Shown here in pieces: positions 16,841 to 64,000 of a stretch of DNA of 64,000 bases (positions are counted from its first letter, which is position 1; each line of letters starts with the position of its first letter). The DNA is from the human T2T-CHM13v2.0 reference genome, Homo sapiens. Both the position numbers and the translations under genes were made by a program. The notes beneath the pieces are model-generated. The model did not search any database. It saw nothing but the letters and a program-made list of their open reading frames with translations, and was not told where the DNA came from. The stretch lies in the NCBI RefSeq assembly GCF_009914755.1, contig NC_060925.1. One strand, given 5' to 3'.

Positions 16841-17444
16841 GATTAAGGTATGGAAAAAAGGGCTGTAGCCTCCAAGCCAGCGCCTGTTGTTGCATTTATT
16901 TTAGGGATATCCACGGAATCTGAAAGTGCTTCTCTCCTTCCGTCCTCTCAACCTTCCATCACTGCACTGCTGTGGCTAAAAGGAGACCAAAAGACTGACA
17001 CCAGGTGGCAAAGGGAATCTAAGAGATGCAGCAGGCAGTGCCCCAGCCCTCTCAGTAATTAGCAGTGCACAGAAGGGAGCAGAGGAAAAAAGCAGGTAAA
17101 TGACCAGTACCTTCCCATTTGCTCCAGCTTGTGTGTTTTATTGTCACAAAGTATTTAAATATTTTTTAAGTTCCACCAGACATTAATTTTACTGCCTGAT
17201 GAAATCAGAATTCATATAGAGCTATCCATAAGTGTACTATTTTCTTTATTATTTTTTTTTGAGATTTGCTGGGAATGAACTCGTTTTTTTCTTTGTCTGA
17301 AAATGTCTTTATTTACCTTCATTCTTACAGATCTTTTTATTCAGTATAGAATTTTAGCTTTGCAATTACTTTCTTTCAATGTATTAACGGGTCTTTCTGT
17401 ATTCTATTTGCGTAGCCATGGCTGTTTTGTTTTGTTTTGTTTTG

Positions 17445-17754
<310 letters not shown>

Positions 17755-17763
17755 TGAAGGTAA

Positions 17764-17941
17764 TCTCTCTCTTCCTCTCTTTCTCTCCATCTCTCCTCTC
17801 CTCTCTTTCTCCCCATCTGTCTCCTGTCTCTCTCTTCTTTCTCTCCCTCCCTCTCTCCTCTTTCTCTTCATTTCTCTATTTCTCTCTCTCCATCTCTCTC
17901 TCTACCCGCCCCCGCTATTTCTCTCTTCCTCCCTCTCCCTC
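17764..17941. repeat. CT-rich polypyrimidine low-complexity tract
   Basis: About 180 bp almost entirely C/T. Confidence 0.9.
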
Positions 17942-18068
17942 AATATTTTAACATATCCTTTGTCTTTGATTATCTACAGTTTTATTGTGATTTTTTTGGT
18001 ATGATTTACTTTTCATTTATCTTTCTTGGCATTCATTGGGCCTCTTGAATCTGTAAATTAGTGCTGTG

Positions 18069-18464
<396 letters not shown>

Positions 18465-19804
18465 TCAATTGGAAGGTTCCTCTCCTTCTGGAACCTTCCA
18501 ATTCTGTTCTCCAAGTCTCTTATTCTCTCTTTCCTGTTCTCCATCTTTCTCTCTCTCATTCTATATAATATCTTCTGGCCTACCTTCCAAATCTGTTATT
18601 TTTATCTTCTGTATTCAATCTGCTTTAAAACTTCATTTTGCTGAGTTATTAATTTGGGTTATTTTATTTTTTCATGGGTAGAATTTTTATTTGGTTCATT
18701 TACAAATCTGTTATATCACATGTCATCATCTCCCATTCACCAAGAATTTTTTTAAAGCCTGTCATATGTTTCAAATAATAATAATTACATATAATCTGTT
18801 TGTAATAATTCTAGCATATGAAGTCTTGTCGGGGGGGGTCTGTTATCTGCTGGGTTTTTGTTAGTTCTTGTTCATTGCATCTTATTTTTTTGTTGTACTA
18901 ATTTATCTTTGATTTAGTGCTATCTTTGCCCTTGAAAATTTATTCGTGCGGTCTTTCAGAGGCCTGGGATGAAGATGCCTTTATCCAGAGAGGTTTTGCA
19001 TTTACAACTGCCAAACACCTGGGTACTAGGAATCTGTAACCATGTTTAAGTAAACATGTCTCTTATACCTAATACTGTGAATTTGGGCTGTGAGCACTCA
19101 CCAGGGACAGCATTTGTTTTTCAAGTTTGGGGATCAGCCTTCTTCCCCACTCAACCCCAAATTCTTCCCATTCAAGAGGGTACAGGAAAAGAGGTCTGGG
19201 TATACTTCTGGTTCTGCCCATCCTTCTGAGTCTCAGCTCAGTTTCCCAGCTGCCTCCAGGCAGATCTGCAGATGCTCTCAGTGCAAGAGTGGACTGTGCT
19301 CTTCCCACTTTCTCTTGTTTCTTGACCTCCAAATTTCAAACTCTATTTTTATATGCTTTAAAGAAGTTTTCCATACTCTCTCATTTTAACTTGTCTTCCC
19401 ATAGGAATGTGGTCCAAATAACAGCTTGCTGTCATCAAAAATGGAAGGTCCCCCTTGTCATCTTTCTACATTTTTTTCATTTCTATTAAGTGTTGGATCA
19501 ATCCAATGTCAGTTAGAGGCCAAGAAAGTGTTTGTGTGTCCGCAATTCTGATCATTTCCACCTATTACACACAGTCGGTGTGAAAGTCAAATAAGATACT
19601 AAAGGTAAAATTTCCCCTTTCTTTAAATTTGTAAATACTGTCTTTCCAAAGAGAATATAAATTCCTTTACATATAATTTAGCTTTGTTTCTTGTATCACA
19701 CATAGCACTATTTCTTGCAAATAATAAGGAATCTAAAAATATACTTCATATGTGGTTGTTGTGAGAGGTGTGAGTAGAAAATTATCTATTTGTCCCAGGT
19801 AATA

Positions 19805-19997
19805 CGGTAAGCCCTCACTTAACATCATTGATAGGTTCTTGGAAACTGCGACTTTCAGCAAAATGACTTATAACGAAACCATTGTTTTTCTTCATAAACG
19901 ATGTTATTATGAAACAAGATTTGAGGACCTGCTATATGTCATTTTTCTTAAAGCTACACTTTTCTAGAATCTATTGAGAACATTCAGTGAAGCCATA
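19805..19997. mobile_element. Tigger-family MITE (MER82-like), internally deleted
   Basis: GTAAGCCCTCACTTAACATCATTGATAGGTTCTTGGAAACTGCGACTTT start with a degenerate inverted end. Confidence 0.65.
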
Positions 19998-20036
19998 CAT
20001 ATTATACTAATTTCACAGCTCTTAAAATAATAATCA

Positions 20037-21293
<1,257 letters not shown>

Positions 21294-21447
21294 AGAATTT
21301 AGGGAATTATTTATGGGAAAGTGATATTCCTGAGCATTTTGTATTCAAAAAATAAAATAAAAATGAAGGCAGCATTGTTTTCCTAGGAAGTGTGTGTGTG
21401 TGCATACACGTGTGTGCAAGTGTGTGTCTAGGTCTGAGCAAAGTTAA

Positions 21448-21824
<377 letters not shown>

Positions 21825-22717
21825 TATGTCACTACATTTTAAACAGCATCTCCCTTTTCTCCAAGTTTCAAATCTAATTTTCTCCAAGAAGTAGATCATT
21901 CTAAGGATAGGAAATGATGTATCCAACGCAGCAGAGGTTCTCTCACTCTTGCTGTTGCTCTGCTGCTGACATCTGCTATTTCCTTCGGTCTAATGCAAAG
22001 ACAAGTGGCCAGGGCTATGACCATGGCCTGAAGACTCTGAGCAGAAATATGATTGGTTAGCTGATGAAGTCCTGGTTACTAAATATTTGGATGCAGTAGG
22101 TTCCAATATGTGAAAACGGAATATAAAAGAAAGCTATAACAGAGCTTAGCTTTTTATAACCTTAGGTGGCTTTAGTGTAGGTTTCAACATTTGTGGAAAG
22201 ACATGACCACTTTTTTCTACTTGGAGAATAAAATAATTTTGCAAAGAAAAAAAATAAGACAGTAAGTGCTACATGAGCCTAAGATTGTCAAAGAAAAATT
22301 AGCATGGAAGGGAACACATCAAAGTATCACTAACCTTGCTCATACATTGCTGGCTGAAGTGTTATTTGGTAAAAGCTCCATTAAAAACAATTTGGCAATA
22401 CCTATCAAAATTATGAATTCACATACCCTTGTATGCAGCAATTCTATTTATATGGGTATTTTATGATATGCTCATACATTTGAAGATAACATGTGTGAGC
22501 TTACTAATACAATTTTGTGTGAAAAAGTTTGAAAGTCAATTTAAAACATCTATCAGGGAGAACTTGTTAAATAATTATGATATTCGCCTAAATATTATGG
22601 AACTAAAAGAGAGAAAGAGGAAACTCTTCTTGAACTTTTGGAACAATCTCCAAAGTATATTTTGAGTGAAAAAACTTAGATGCATATATATTAAGTGGTT
22701 TGTATTTTCTATGCTAC

Positions 22718-23452
<735 letters not shown>

Positions 23453-23484
23453 GCTACTATTTGCTTTAAATAAAAGGGAGTCCT

Positions 23485-24740
<1,256 letters not shown>

Positions 24741-24748
24741 ACTAATAG

Positions 24749-28780
<4,032 letters not shown>

Positions 28781-28932
28781 GCTGATATATTTTTTTCATT
28801 TGTCAAAAAATATAAAAATGTATCTTTTGGATTTTTGTGGCACCTAACTGTGGGCCACTGTAGCAGAAGACTCAGCTCAGGTTTCTGCATCCAGGTGGGG
28901 AAGACAAACATGTACACAGAAAACTGCAATAG

Positions 28933-30257
<1,325 letters not shown>

Positions 30258-30354
30258 GAAAATTCTATTTAGATTGAAATACAGCATACAAAGTTATTGT
30301 GCCACACTAAAAATAACAGCAACATTTTCGATATGATTCCTAGATAAGCCATGA

Positions 30355-35148
<4,794 letters not shown>

Positions 35149-35635
35149 AGTCATCATGCCCTGCTGGGCATGTTAGGTTTCTAAGTGTGTATACCATGCT
35201 CTTCAACCAACAAAGAGGCGCCTGGTTCTCCATCATTTTCTCCAAAACTCTCCAGGGTTAGACAGACTGAGTTTCTCTCATAGCAGATGAACCCAAGTTA
35301 CCTGAGTTCTAGAGTCCAGAGGCCTGGGCAGTAAGACCACTCTGCTTTTCCTTCCCCTCCCTTGGAAAAGTACACTCTTTATACTTCTCCTTCCATCCTG
35401 CTTCCAGCTCAAGTTAAGATCAATTCCACCAGGATGATTTGAGCACATACATAAGCCGGCACCATATGAAGAGACAGTGTGGAGTCTTGCAAAGAATCCA
35501 CACATGCTTAATAATCAGACAGACCTAGGTTCAAAGGTCGGGTCTGCCTCTGTGCTTTTGGCAGAGTTACTTAACCTGTCTGTGTCAATTTCTTTATCTG
35601 TTAAAACTGTAGACCGTGTCCCAATACTTTCAGCC

Positions 35636-36423
<788 letters not shown>

Positions 36424-36611
36424 TGAAAAGAGCCGCACGCAAGTGAGTGAGGTCTGTCCATCGTCAGGGCAGTTACTACAGTCTGTCAATGAGAAGACTC
36501 AGAATCTCATCTCATTGTGCAGACAGATGGGAGTTTCTATCAACTCACCGTGCGTGAAGGGTCACATTGCTCTTTCCCATCCATGCAACCTTAGAAAATC
36601 TCAGTATCTCC

Positions 36612-40847
<4,236 letters not shown>

Positions 40848-41433
40848 TTATTTGAATTCAAATATAACGCAGTTGGAGAATGACTCCTGCTCTCTGCCAA
40901 GGCCTGTCCTCAAATAGATGTAGGCTAAAGCAACATCACCTTTAGACCTGGGCAAGATAAGCCCCTGCCCTGGGCCCTTGATTTAGAGGCCACTGCTCTG
41001 GGCACCCCCAGCACATGCCTCCGTCCCCATCAAGCTGAGTGACAGACCCACCCAGAAGCCGTGCCCCTTCTGAACAATGCCAGGATACTGTGACCCCAGA
41101 ATGACCTACCAAAATAGGCACAGCCCACTTCCAGGGCCTACGTGGGCCCCTTCCCTGCCTGAGCAAGCCACATCATGCTGTGCTACAGCTGAAAGCCAGA
41201 ATGACAGGGTAGGTAGGGGGACCACAGCTGTGAACTGGGAAGAGCTCCTCCCACCACCCACTACCACATCCTGATGCAGAACACCGAGGACTCCAAGAAT
41301 TCTCAATTCAAACCTGGCCTTCCAGGTTTTTATGAAGGTATATTATTCAAAGCAAAAGCATAGAACATTCTATTTAAATGTCTCTTTTGATTTAAAGTAT
41401 TAACTATGGTTATTAAATGCAGGCTGCTCTTAG

Positions 41434-41830
<397 letters not shown>

Positions 41831-43289
41831 TAATCTTAACCTGGGAATTATCATGCTGGGATTGGGGCTAACGCTCTTAAAATCCTTATCTCGGTCAACC
41901 AGTAGAACATAGAAGAACGTCAGGACAGGTCTGAGAAAGAGCAGGCAGCCAGTCTTGGAAATCAGAAAGGGCTAGGCTCCAAAGTTCCCGGAGTTTCCAG
42001 CCTCACTCTTCCTAGAGTCACGGCAGCCATCTAGAAAGTTCCAGCCAGTAACAGGAATCCAGAATTTTCTCCATGAGTAAACTACAGTGAACCAGGTGGT
42101 GCCTACCCAGCATTTGAGGGTCTAGACATGGGCCAGCCATGGATTGTTTGTCAATAAGCATGTTAAAGCCCAAACAACTTTAAAGCTCTGAATAAGTGTA
42201 TCTAAATCTTCTGAAAAGCCAGCACGGAGGGCAGGGGGTTAGATACAGATGTGGAGAGAAAAGTGGCTGGGAAGATTAAATGAGTCTCTTTGATGTGAAT
42301 GCTAACCCAAAAGATCCCGAATCAATCACCCCAGAGGAAAGAGCTGCCGAGACCTTGAAAGCAACATTCCTCCGAACTCCTGGTGCTGCCATGGCAACTG
42401 GAGGGCTGAATGAGGTCATCTCAAAGCAGGGCAAGTGGCCCAGGTGGACCACGGGAGCAGAGACTGGGCGTGAGGACTCAAACCACCAGGAGGGAAATGA
42501 AAACCACGGCAGCGAAAAGGATGGAATTGCCGGTAACAGAATAAAATTCTTCACAGCTGTGAAGCTACAGTCACAACATTTTAGCAGAGCTTTTGGCTGG
42601 AAAAGTCGGAAAAAGGCACTGAATTGATTTTACTGTTGCATGTGTCTTTCATCAGTGGATACGAAAACACTTTACTCACACCAAGCACCTTGTCCAGGGA
42701 GCAGTTGCCTTCATTTCTAGGAGTGTCACAGCGGAGTCAGTGATTCATGCTAATGGGGAACATGGAATATATGAATAAAGACATTTCATGGGAAATGGTC
42801 CTGGTGCTAAACATTTGTAAACTCATTTGAGTCCCCGAAATCAAACCCTCTGTTTTACCAAATTTGTTTCTGACCTCATAAATAAAAATATAAGGTCAAA
42901 GAAAAATTACCTCTCAAAGCCACATTGATTGTGCAAAACCAAAAAATTAAATTAAAACTGAAGAATCTTAGTAAGGGAACGGTTGGAAACCTGGCTTAGC
43001 TAAGGTAGAGGGGCGAAGGCAGGAACAGCTACAGACAAGCACGCCATGTCCACTCTGCAGCTGAAATCACATGGTTTCTTGGAAGGCTCACAAGACTGAA
43101 GTTGCCTTCCCTGACAACTCGGTCAGTCTGCTCAAGGGCAAACGACTCTCCCGGACAGCATTCAGCCTGAAAATGAGGAAAGCAGCCCCTAATACCAAGA
43201 GCTGGCCTGGCACACACAGCTAGGCTGTGGCGTTCTCCCAACAAACACAATAATTTCATAGAACACTGACAATCAGGAAAGACCACTCT

Positions 43290-48250
<4,961 letters not shown>

Positions 48251-48636
48251 TTACTAATATGAATAAAAATCCCCCTACTCCCACCTAAAATGAAAGTCCC
48301 TCAAATTATCTTTCTTCGTCTCTCCCACTTCTTTTGTGTCCTGGCACATCTCAATACCAGCAGCTGCCAAAGTCACTGAGCTTCAGTGGCTTCAGTTTCC
48401 TCAACTATAAAATAGGATGAATGATTTTCATGACCTCATAGAATCATTACGGAACTCAAAATAACTCAGATAAAAGTTCTCAACAAACTATAAACCACCA
48501 ATTTTATATACATATATTCACACATCTATAATAAATTATATAAATGATAAATACTATATTTATATATATGTGTATATGAACAACTATTTTAACAGCAGTA
48601 ATGATAAACATAGTAGGAGACACGTAAACAGAGAGC

Positions 48637-52007
<3,371 letters not shown>

Positions 52008-52958
52008 TCATTCATTCAATTATTATTTAATGGGAAACCTATTATCTATTAGGTACTATGATTAAGCATCCACAGAGGACAGGTGATTGAAAATTTTAAT
52101 CCTGTACTCAAATAGGACTCTCAAGGAAAAATCATGTGTTTTTGATAACATTCCTCACCGAAATCCCGCTAAGCAAATTTATATAGGATGTGATCTAAGA
52201 TTGGTGCTGGTCAGAACATCAGAGTAGAAAAAGAACTACTTGATGAGTGAGCTTTTCAAAATATCCTTAAGTCAAAAGACACCCCAAGAAATGACAGAGG
52301 AAGAAAAAGACTGAAAGCACTTTTCGGGGCATTTTGTCTAAAGACTTGTGTTGGATTTGGCAAGCGAGTATCATTACCTTGCAGCAGAGGAGTGAGTCTG
52401 CCCAATGCTCAGTGATCTCTCAGAAATAAACCAGAGAGGTCACAAAGACTCAGGATTGGGAAGATATCAAAAATTTTTCTTGGCTGGGTGTGGTGGCTCA
52501 AGCCTGTAATCCCAACATCTTTGGGAGGCCGAGGTGGGAGGATGGCTTGAGCGCAGGAGTTTGAGGTTATAGTGAGCCATGATCACACTGTTGCACTCCA
52601 GTCTGGACGACAGAGCAAGACCCTGTCTCTAAAACAAACAAACAAACAAACAAACAAAAATGATTTCTTACCATCTCTAGATCTCCCACTGTTTCAAATT
52701 CAGCTCGGCATGTGTCAGCACTGGTTGGGGAGACTGAGGACCCCCAGCCTGAAACTGCTGGTTTGTACATTTATGAGCCCCAGGAGGTACAGAAGCACTG
52801 AAGTAGGCTTTTATTGAATATGAATTTCCTCTATATTAAGGATTAAACACTTTGCTAAATTGTGGAATTCTCAATCCTCAGAGTGAGTTTCTGATGAAAG
52901 AAAATTACAAAATAATAATAGAGTAAAACGAACTTGCGTCTCAGCAGTCCAAACCAGC

Positions 52959-54610
<1,652 letters not shown>

Positions 54611-54757
54611 AGTGCTTGAATCTTCTGCAGGAGCAAATCTTCATATATGGCTTATATGACACAATTAAGGCAACATTTTAAAAGAAAAGTCTAGATGGAT
54701 TTCAGCAGTTAATAGCAAAATTATACTTGCCTTTCATAGTTGATACAAGGAGGCACG

Positions 54758-55090
54758 CATTCATTCATTCACATGTATTCATTCAAGTCACTCATTGTCA
54801 AGCTCATAAGAGGCCAGGCATAAAGGCCTGAGCAATGAATAAGACAAATGCAGTCCCTGGCTTGACGGAGCTCACATCCTAATGGAAAGACAGATGATAA
54901 ACAGCTGAACAACAGCTAGCCACAGATGGTGACCAGTTTGGTAAAGGTACTCAAACAGAGAGTACCTCAGAAGACCCACTTAAACAGAATGGTCAGTTAA
55001 AGCCCCCTCGAGCAAGTGAAGTTTCAGCTGGGGCCTGAAGGGTGAGAAAGAGCCAATTGTGCTTGAAGAGCTTTCCAGGAAAAGGAAGAG
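54758..55090. mobile_element. L2 fragment
   Basis: CATTCATTCATTC..GAATAAGACA..GGAGCTCACATCCTAATGG..GGGCCTGAAG. Confidence 0.6.
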
Positions 55091-55184
55091 ACAGACTCAA
55101 AGAGAGATCTCCGTATGTTCTAGAGAGGAGAAGAAACTCCCAAATTGTGCACAGCTAAGAACAAACATTTTGAGCTACCAACCT

Positions 55185-56280
<1,096 letters not shown>

Positions 56281-56424
56281 CATGTTCTCCTAGAAAGCAC
56301 AAAACTTTCAATGTCAAATATACATGAGTTCAAATCCTAGACCCTGAGAGTTCCTGATATTCAGCATTCTGATATCCTTTTGCCTGTTTCAAAATTAAAA
56401 TGAGAAAATATATGTAAGGTAATT

Positions 56425-56745
56425 GTATCTATTAGTTAGCCTTTGCTGTGATAATAACCCTCAGTTTTAGTGGTTTATGATCCAAGCATTTATTTCTCAG
56501 AGTTTTGCAGGCTGGCATTGGCTGCGCTGGGCTGGGCTCTGGGTGTCTTCTCATTTGGGGAATGAGGCTGAAGGAGCAGCTGCTACACGGAGTATGATAC
56601 TCTCTTGGAATACAGCAGGACAAGAGGACTAGATGAAAGGTGGCCTTGGAACTAGCATGCTGTCACCTCAGCCTAGTCCATTGTCCAAAATACGTTCCCG
56701 TGTAGAGGGAAGGAAGGGTGAACATGTGCTTAATAATACAATTGT
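56425..56745. mobile_element. Old MaLR (MLT1-type) LTR
   Basis: TATTAGTTAGC..CTCAGTTTTAGTGGTTTA..GCATTTATTTCTCA..AGGCTGAAGGAGCAGC..GGAACTAGCATGCTGTCAC. Confidence 0.55.
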
Positions 56746-57165
56746 CACGTTAAGGCCGGGAACATGTTATGTTAGGTGCTTAACAGCTGTTAGCCTCCAC
56801 CCCTTCCCCAATGCCTACAGTAGAATTTAATTAACGAATAGTAATGACCATAAGCCAACTCTGTTGCCAGCCCATATCTTTGCTTTAATGACAGTCTAAG
56901 TGCCTGCATTCACCTCCCTCAGCTTCCTCACCATTCCCAGATCCATTCCTGAATTCCGATTCCAGACCCTTGCCTCACTTTCCTTTGCAGCACCTCACTT
57001 GGCCTTGTGCCCTGAGACCTGGTGATGTCCACACACTTTCCACCGTCATGGTAACTCTAACAAGCCCCAGGACAACATGGCTTCCTGCTGTTCTAGTTCA
57101 CCCTGGTCTCTGTTGGCTAGGCTCACTGTGACTTTGTCGATCGAGTGTGGCATCAATCACCAACT

Positions 57166-57731
<566 letters not shown>

Positions 57732-58121
57732 TAGAGTGGCTCACACCTGTAATCCCAGTACTTTGGGAGGCAGAGGTGGGAGGATAGCTTGAGCCCAGGA
57801 GTTCAAGGCCTCAGTAAACTCTGATCATGACACTGCACTCCAGCCTAGGTGACAGAGCAAGATCCTGTCTCTAAAAAAATTTTTTTTAATAAAAAAAAAA
57901 AAAGGCACACAGTCCAGCAGGTGGGTGGACATACAACAAGTACCATCTGCTGATATCAAGGGACACACATGCAACTGCATTGGTGAAAGTGGTGTCAACC
58001 CAGGGCCAGTGCGGCGGCTCACGCCTGTAATCCCAGCACTTTGGGAGGCCGAGGCGGGCGGATCACGAGGTCAGGAGATCGAGACCATCCTGGCTAACAC
58101 GGTGAAACCCCGTCTCTACTA

Positions 58122-58354
<233 letters not shown>

Positions 58355-59114
58355 TCAATTGGCATTAACTCCCAACATTTCAACATTGATTATAAATAGT
58401 TAATGATCTGGAATACACACTAATCAAAGATCCATTTGTAGAAATTCTGTGAATCCTTTTACAAATAGATCGTATTTGTTTTATGTGTATAATTTCCCTA
58501 AGTTAGCTCTGTTGTAAATTTATATTTTATTTTTATGGCATGGTATTAGCTAGAAATGAGTGCTCTGGGAAGAGAAAGGAGCTCCATGCCTTTAGGCTGA
58601 GTGCTTCTAAGCATTAGTCATGGCATGTGGAATCAATCAATCAATTACTAAACACTTACTTTACACCACCCACTCTGCCAAATACTGAGGCGGCAACGTG
58701 TATGTGACCTTGCCCACGTTTCTTCCTGTGAGCAACACTTAATCGCTAGCATTAAGCCCATTTCATGGAGGTTAACTAAGCAGACTGTGAGCTTAAATGA
58801 TTTCCTACATCAGCAGCTGAGTTGGGACAAAAAGTCAGAATCTTGGCTCTTTTGATAGTTTGAGCCTTGAAAAAATAACTCTCGTTCCAGCTTGATCCAA
58901 TTAACTCATCTACAGTCTTTTGGCAAAGAATCTGAAAGGATACCTGGTTAGTCTGAAACCAAACAAAATAAAACAATGCTTGACATTCCTTTTTAATTTT
59001 TTTATTTTTTTGAGATGGAGTCTTGCTCTGTCTCCCAGGCTGGAGTGCAATGGAGTGGCTCACTGCAACCTCCACCTCCCGGGCTCAAGTGATTCTTGTG
59101 CCTCAACCTCCTGA

Positions 59115-59294
<180 letters not shown>

Positions 59295-59526
59295 TGACTT
59301 TTTTAACATGAACCACAAAGCTGAGCATCCCTGTTTTTAGGAGCATTGTCTTCCCAAGCTGTGTGAGGCGTATCTGGCCTAGGTTTCTGGCCTCTGCAGC
59401 AGAAGAAGCTCTTCCTCAGATACCTGACATCCCTCACGCTGAATTCTGTGAAGCCGCAGGCAAAGTCTGCAAAGGTTTGTAAAAGAAACAAGGGATACTC
59501 TGAGGCCCAAAAACCAGGGGAGTCTA

Positions 59527-59838
<312 letters not shown>

Positions 59839-60034
59839 TTAAATAAATAAATAAATAAATAATAAATAAAAATCATCATATGATATCCATTGGCTGGGCG
59901 CGGTGCCTCCCACCTATAATCCCAGCACTTTGGAAAGCTGACTTTGGCAGTTGGAGGCAGGAAGTTCACTTGAGCCCAGGAGTTTGAGTCCAGCCTGGGC
60001 AACAGAGTGAGACCCCATCTCTAAAAAAAAATTG

Positions 60035-60760
<726 letters not shown>

Positions 60761-60988
60761 CCTTGAATTACCTTATTTATTTATTTATTATTTTTAAATG
60801 TTATTTAATTTTTTTATGCCTAAACTGTAAACAACGTAGCCTTGACTTTTTAATGGAAGCTTTTATTCACATTTTGCAAGCTTCGGAAAAAAACAATTGT
60901 TCCAGCCTGGGAAACAGTGAAACCCTGTCTCTTCTAAAAATACAAAAATTAGCTGGGTGTGGTGGCCCACCTGTAATCCTAGCTACTA

Positions 60989-61090
<102 letters not shown>

Positions 61091-61118
61091 TCAAAACAAA
61101 AACAAAAACAATTGTTCA

Positions 61119-61256
<138 letters not shown>

Positions 61257-62328
61257 CTATAAAAAAAAAAAATTTAATTAGCCAGGTGTGGTGGCACGCA
61301 CCTATAGTCTTAGCTACTCAGGAGACTGAGTCAGGAGGATTACTTGAGCCCAGGAGTTTTAGGTTGCAGTGAGCTATGAGTGTGCCGCTGCACTCCGGCC
61401 TGGGTGACACTGGGTAACAGAGACAACACCCTGTTTAAATCAATAAATTAAAAAAAAATAGATTTGAGAGTTATTTTAAATGCATAATCTCTTGGCCAGA
61501 TAAGGAGGGAGAGCCAGTGGGTCAAAATGGAAGCTCAGAGATCTAGAAGAATCTAAAGCAGCTATTCTCTGGAATCCAAATAAGAATATCTCCCCTCCTC
61601 TCCTCTCCCCTCCCCTCCCCTCCCTTCTCTTTTCTGAGACTTTATTTTGAGACAGGGTCTCACTCTATCACCCAGGCCAGAGTGCAGTGGCACGATTCCA
61701 CCTCACCTCAAGGCAGTCTTGACCTCCGGGCTCAAGCAGTCCTCCCACCTCAGCCTTGCAAGTAGTTGGGACTACAGGTCTGTGCCACCACACCCAGCTA
61801 ATATGTTTGTTGTATTTTTTGTAGAGACAGGGTTTCACCATGTTGCCCAAGCTCAGTCCTCTTCTTAATCGACTTTTCGTTCTTTTTTTTTTTTTTTTTT
61901 TTTTGAGACAGAATCTCGCTCTGTCACCCAGGCTGGAGTGCAGTGAGTGGCACGGTCTTGGCCCACTGCCAGCTCCACCTCCCCATTTCAAACCATTCTC
62001 CTGCTTCAGCCTCCGAAGTAGCTGGGATTACAGGCGCCCGCCATGAAGCCCAGCTAATTTTTTGTATTTTTTTAGTAGAGACGGGGTTTCAGCATGTTAG
62101 CCAGGATGGTCTCGATCTCCTGACCTCGTGATCCGCCCCCCTCGGCCTCCCAAAGTGCTGGGATTACAGGCGTGAGCCACCGCACCCGGCCGGCTTTTCA
62201 TTCTTAAACATTGTAAATGGTTGCCATTCTCTCCTCATTAAAAAAAAAAAAAAAAAAAAAAAGAAGGCCGAGCCCGGTGGCTCACGCCTGCAATCCCAGC
62301 ACCTTGGGAGGCCGAGGTGGGCAGATCA

Positions 62329-62679
<351 letters not shown>

Positions 62680-62751
62680 TCAAGATAATTCACCTAAGTG
62701 CTGGCAACACAGTAGTGCACAAAAACCCTGGCCCACATACACTTCAATCTA

Positions 62752-63249
<498 letters not shown>

Positions 63250-64000
63250 TCAGCTCCACTGATTCCCTTCTTCGAGAAGGACTCTAACATAGATTTTGGA
63301 GTATCCTGGAGGCATTATTCAGTTGGATAACCTAGGGTCAGAAAGAATTCCCACTCCCCTTCCCCACTATATTCCCTTAGCCTGTGGCATTGTCCCTCTG
63401 GTGACTCCAGCTCAAAAGCCATGTGGCTCAATTTTTGTTTGGTTTTCATGAAAGCATAATTAAAATAAGGCATAGCCATTACCAGAGAATTTACTTTGCC
63501 ATTCTACTTCCGGAGAATGAATCAGGACTCAGAACTGACCACGGCATTGAAAGCAGTTTCAACCTCATTCTGCTGCTCCTCTACCCTGTAGGGAGAAGTG
63601 TCAGGGTGAGGAAAGACAGATTCTGTGAGGATCCCTTCCAACCGTGACCCCAGGGGCTGGGTGCGGTGGCTCACACCTGTAATCCCAGCACTCTGGGATG
63701 CCAAGGTGGGCAGAATATTTGAGGCCAGGAGCTCGAGACTAGCCTGGCCAACATGGTGAAACCCTGTCTCCACTGAAAATACAAAAATTAGCCAGTCATG
63801 GTGGCATGTGCCTGTAGTCCCAGATACTTGGGAGGCTGAGGCAGGAGAATCACTTGAACCCCGAGGTGGAGTTTGCAGTGAGCCTATAATTGCATCACTG
63901 CACTCCAGTCTGGGTGACAGAGGGAGACTCCACCAAAAAGAAAAAGAAAAACAAAACGAAATGAAACAAAAATCAAAGTTAAGTGTGGCCAGGTGTGCAG

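Noticed and set aside
16996-17012. CTCF-like ACACCAGGTGGCA
   Set aside because: Partial match within a probable old LTR remnant; not supportable without ChIP data.
42280-42627. 115-aa ATG ORF in unique sequence
   Set aside because: No recognisable homology or gene structure; would need ribosome profiling or PhyloCSF support.
63495-63585. Possible minus-strand exon (acceptor TTCTCCCTACAG)
   Set aside because: Weak donor (AAA|GTAAAT) and no partner exons or recognisable peptide.

Overview
Primate (most likely human) non-coding genomic DNA, intergenic or deep intronic, and extremely Alu-dense: roughly 85 Alu elements or fragments by eye, about 35-40% of the window. Old L1M/L2/MIR remnants, MaLR/ERV solo LTRs and Tigger/hAT DNA-transposon fossils are also present. 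I find no intact protein-coding exon; nearly all ORFs in the track are Alu, LTR or minisatellite read-throughs. Recognisable non-TE features are a frameshifted processed RPL23A pseudogene (24091-24740), a tailless 5S rRNA retro-fragment with a 14-bp TSD (63136-63176) and a 13-copy 25-bp minisatellite (10960-11284). The most notable unexplained structure is an old, diverged, colinear duplication of about 0.7-0.8 kb of apparently non-repeat sequence (about 6285-7330 versus 55185-56280, ~49 kb apart). Its best-preserved core is a FOX/E-box/AP-1 motif cluster, suggesting paralogous enhancers. There are also several templated or fold-back duplication scars and an ERV LTR carrying adjacent perfect GAS and ISRE motifs. 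The locus cannot be named from sequence alone. Repeat subfamily names are from memory of consensus sequences and coordinates are approximate.
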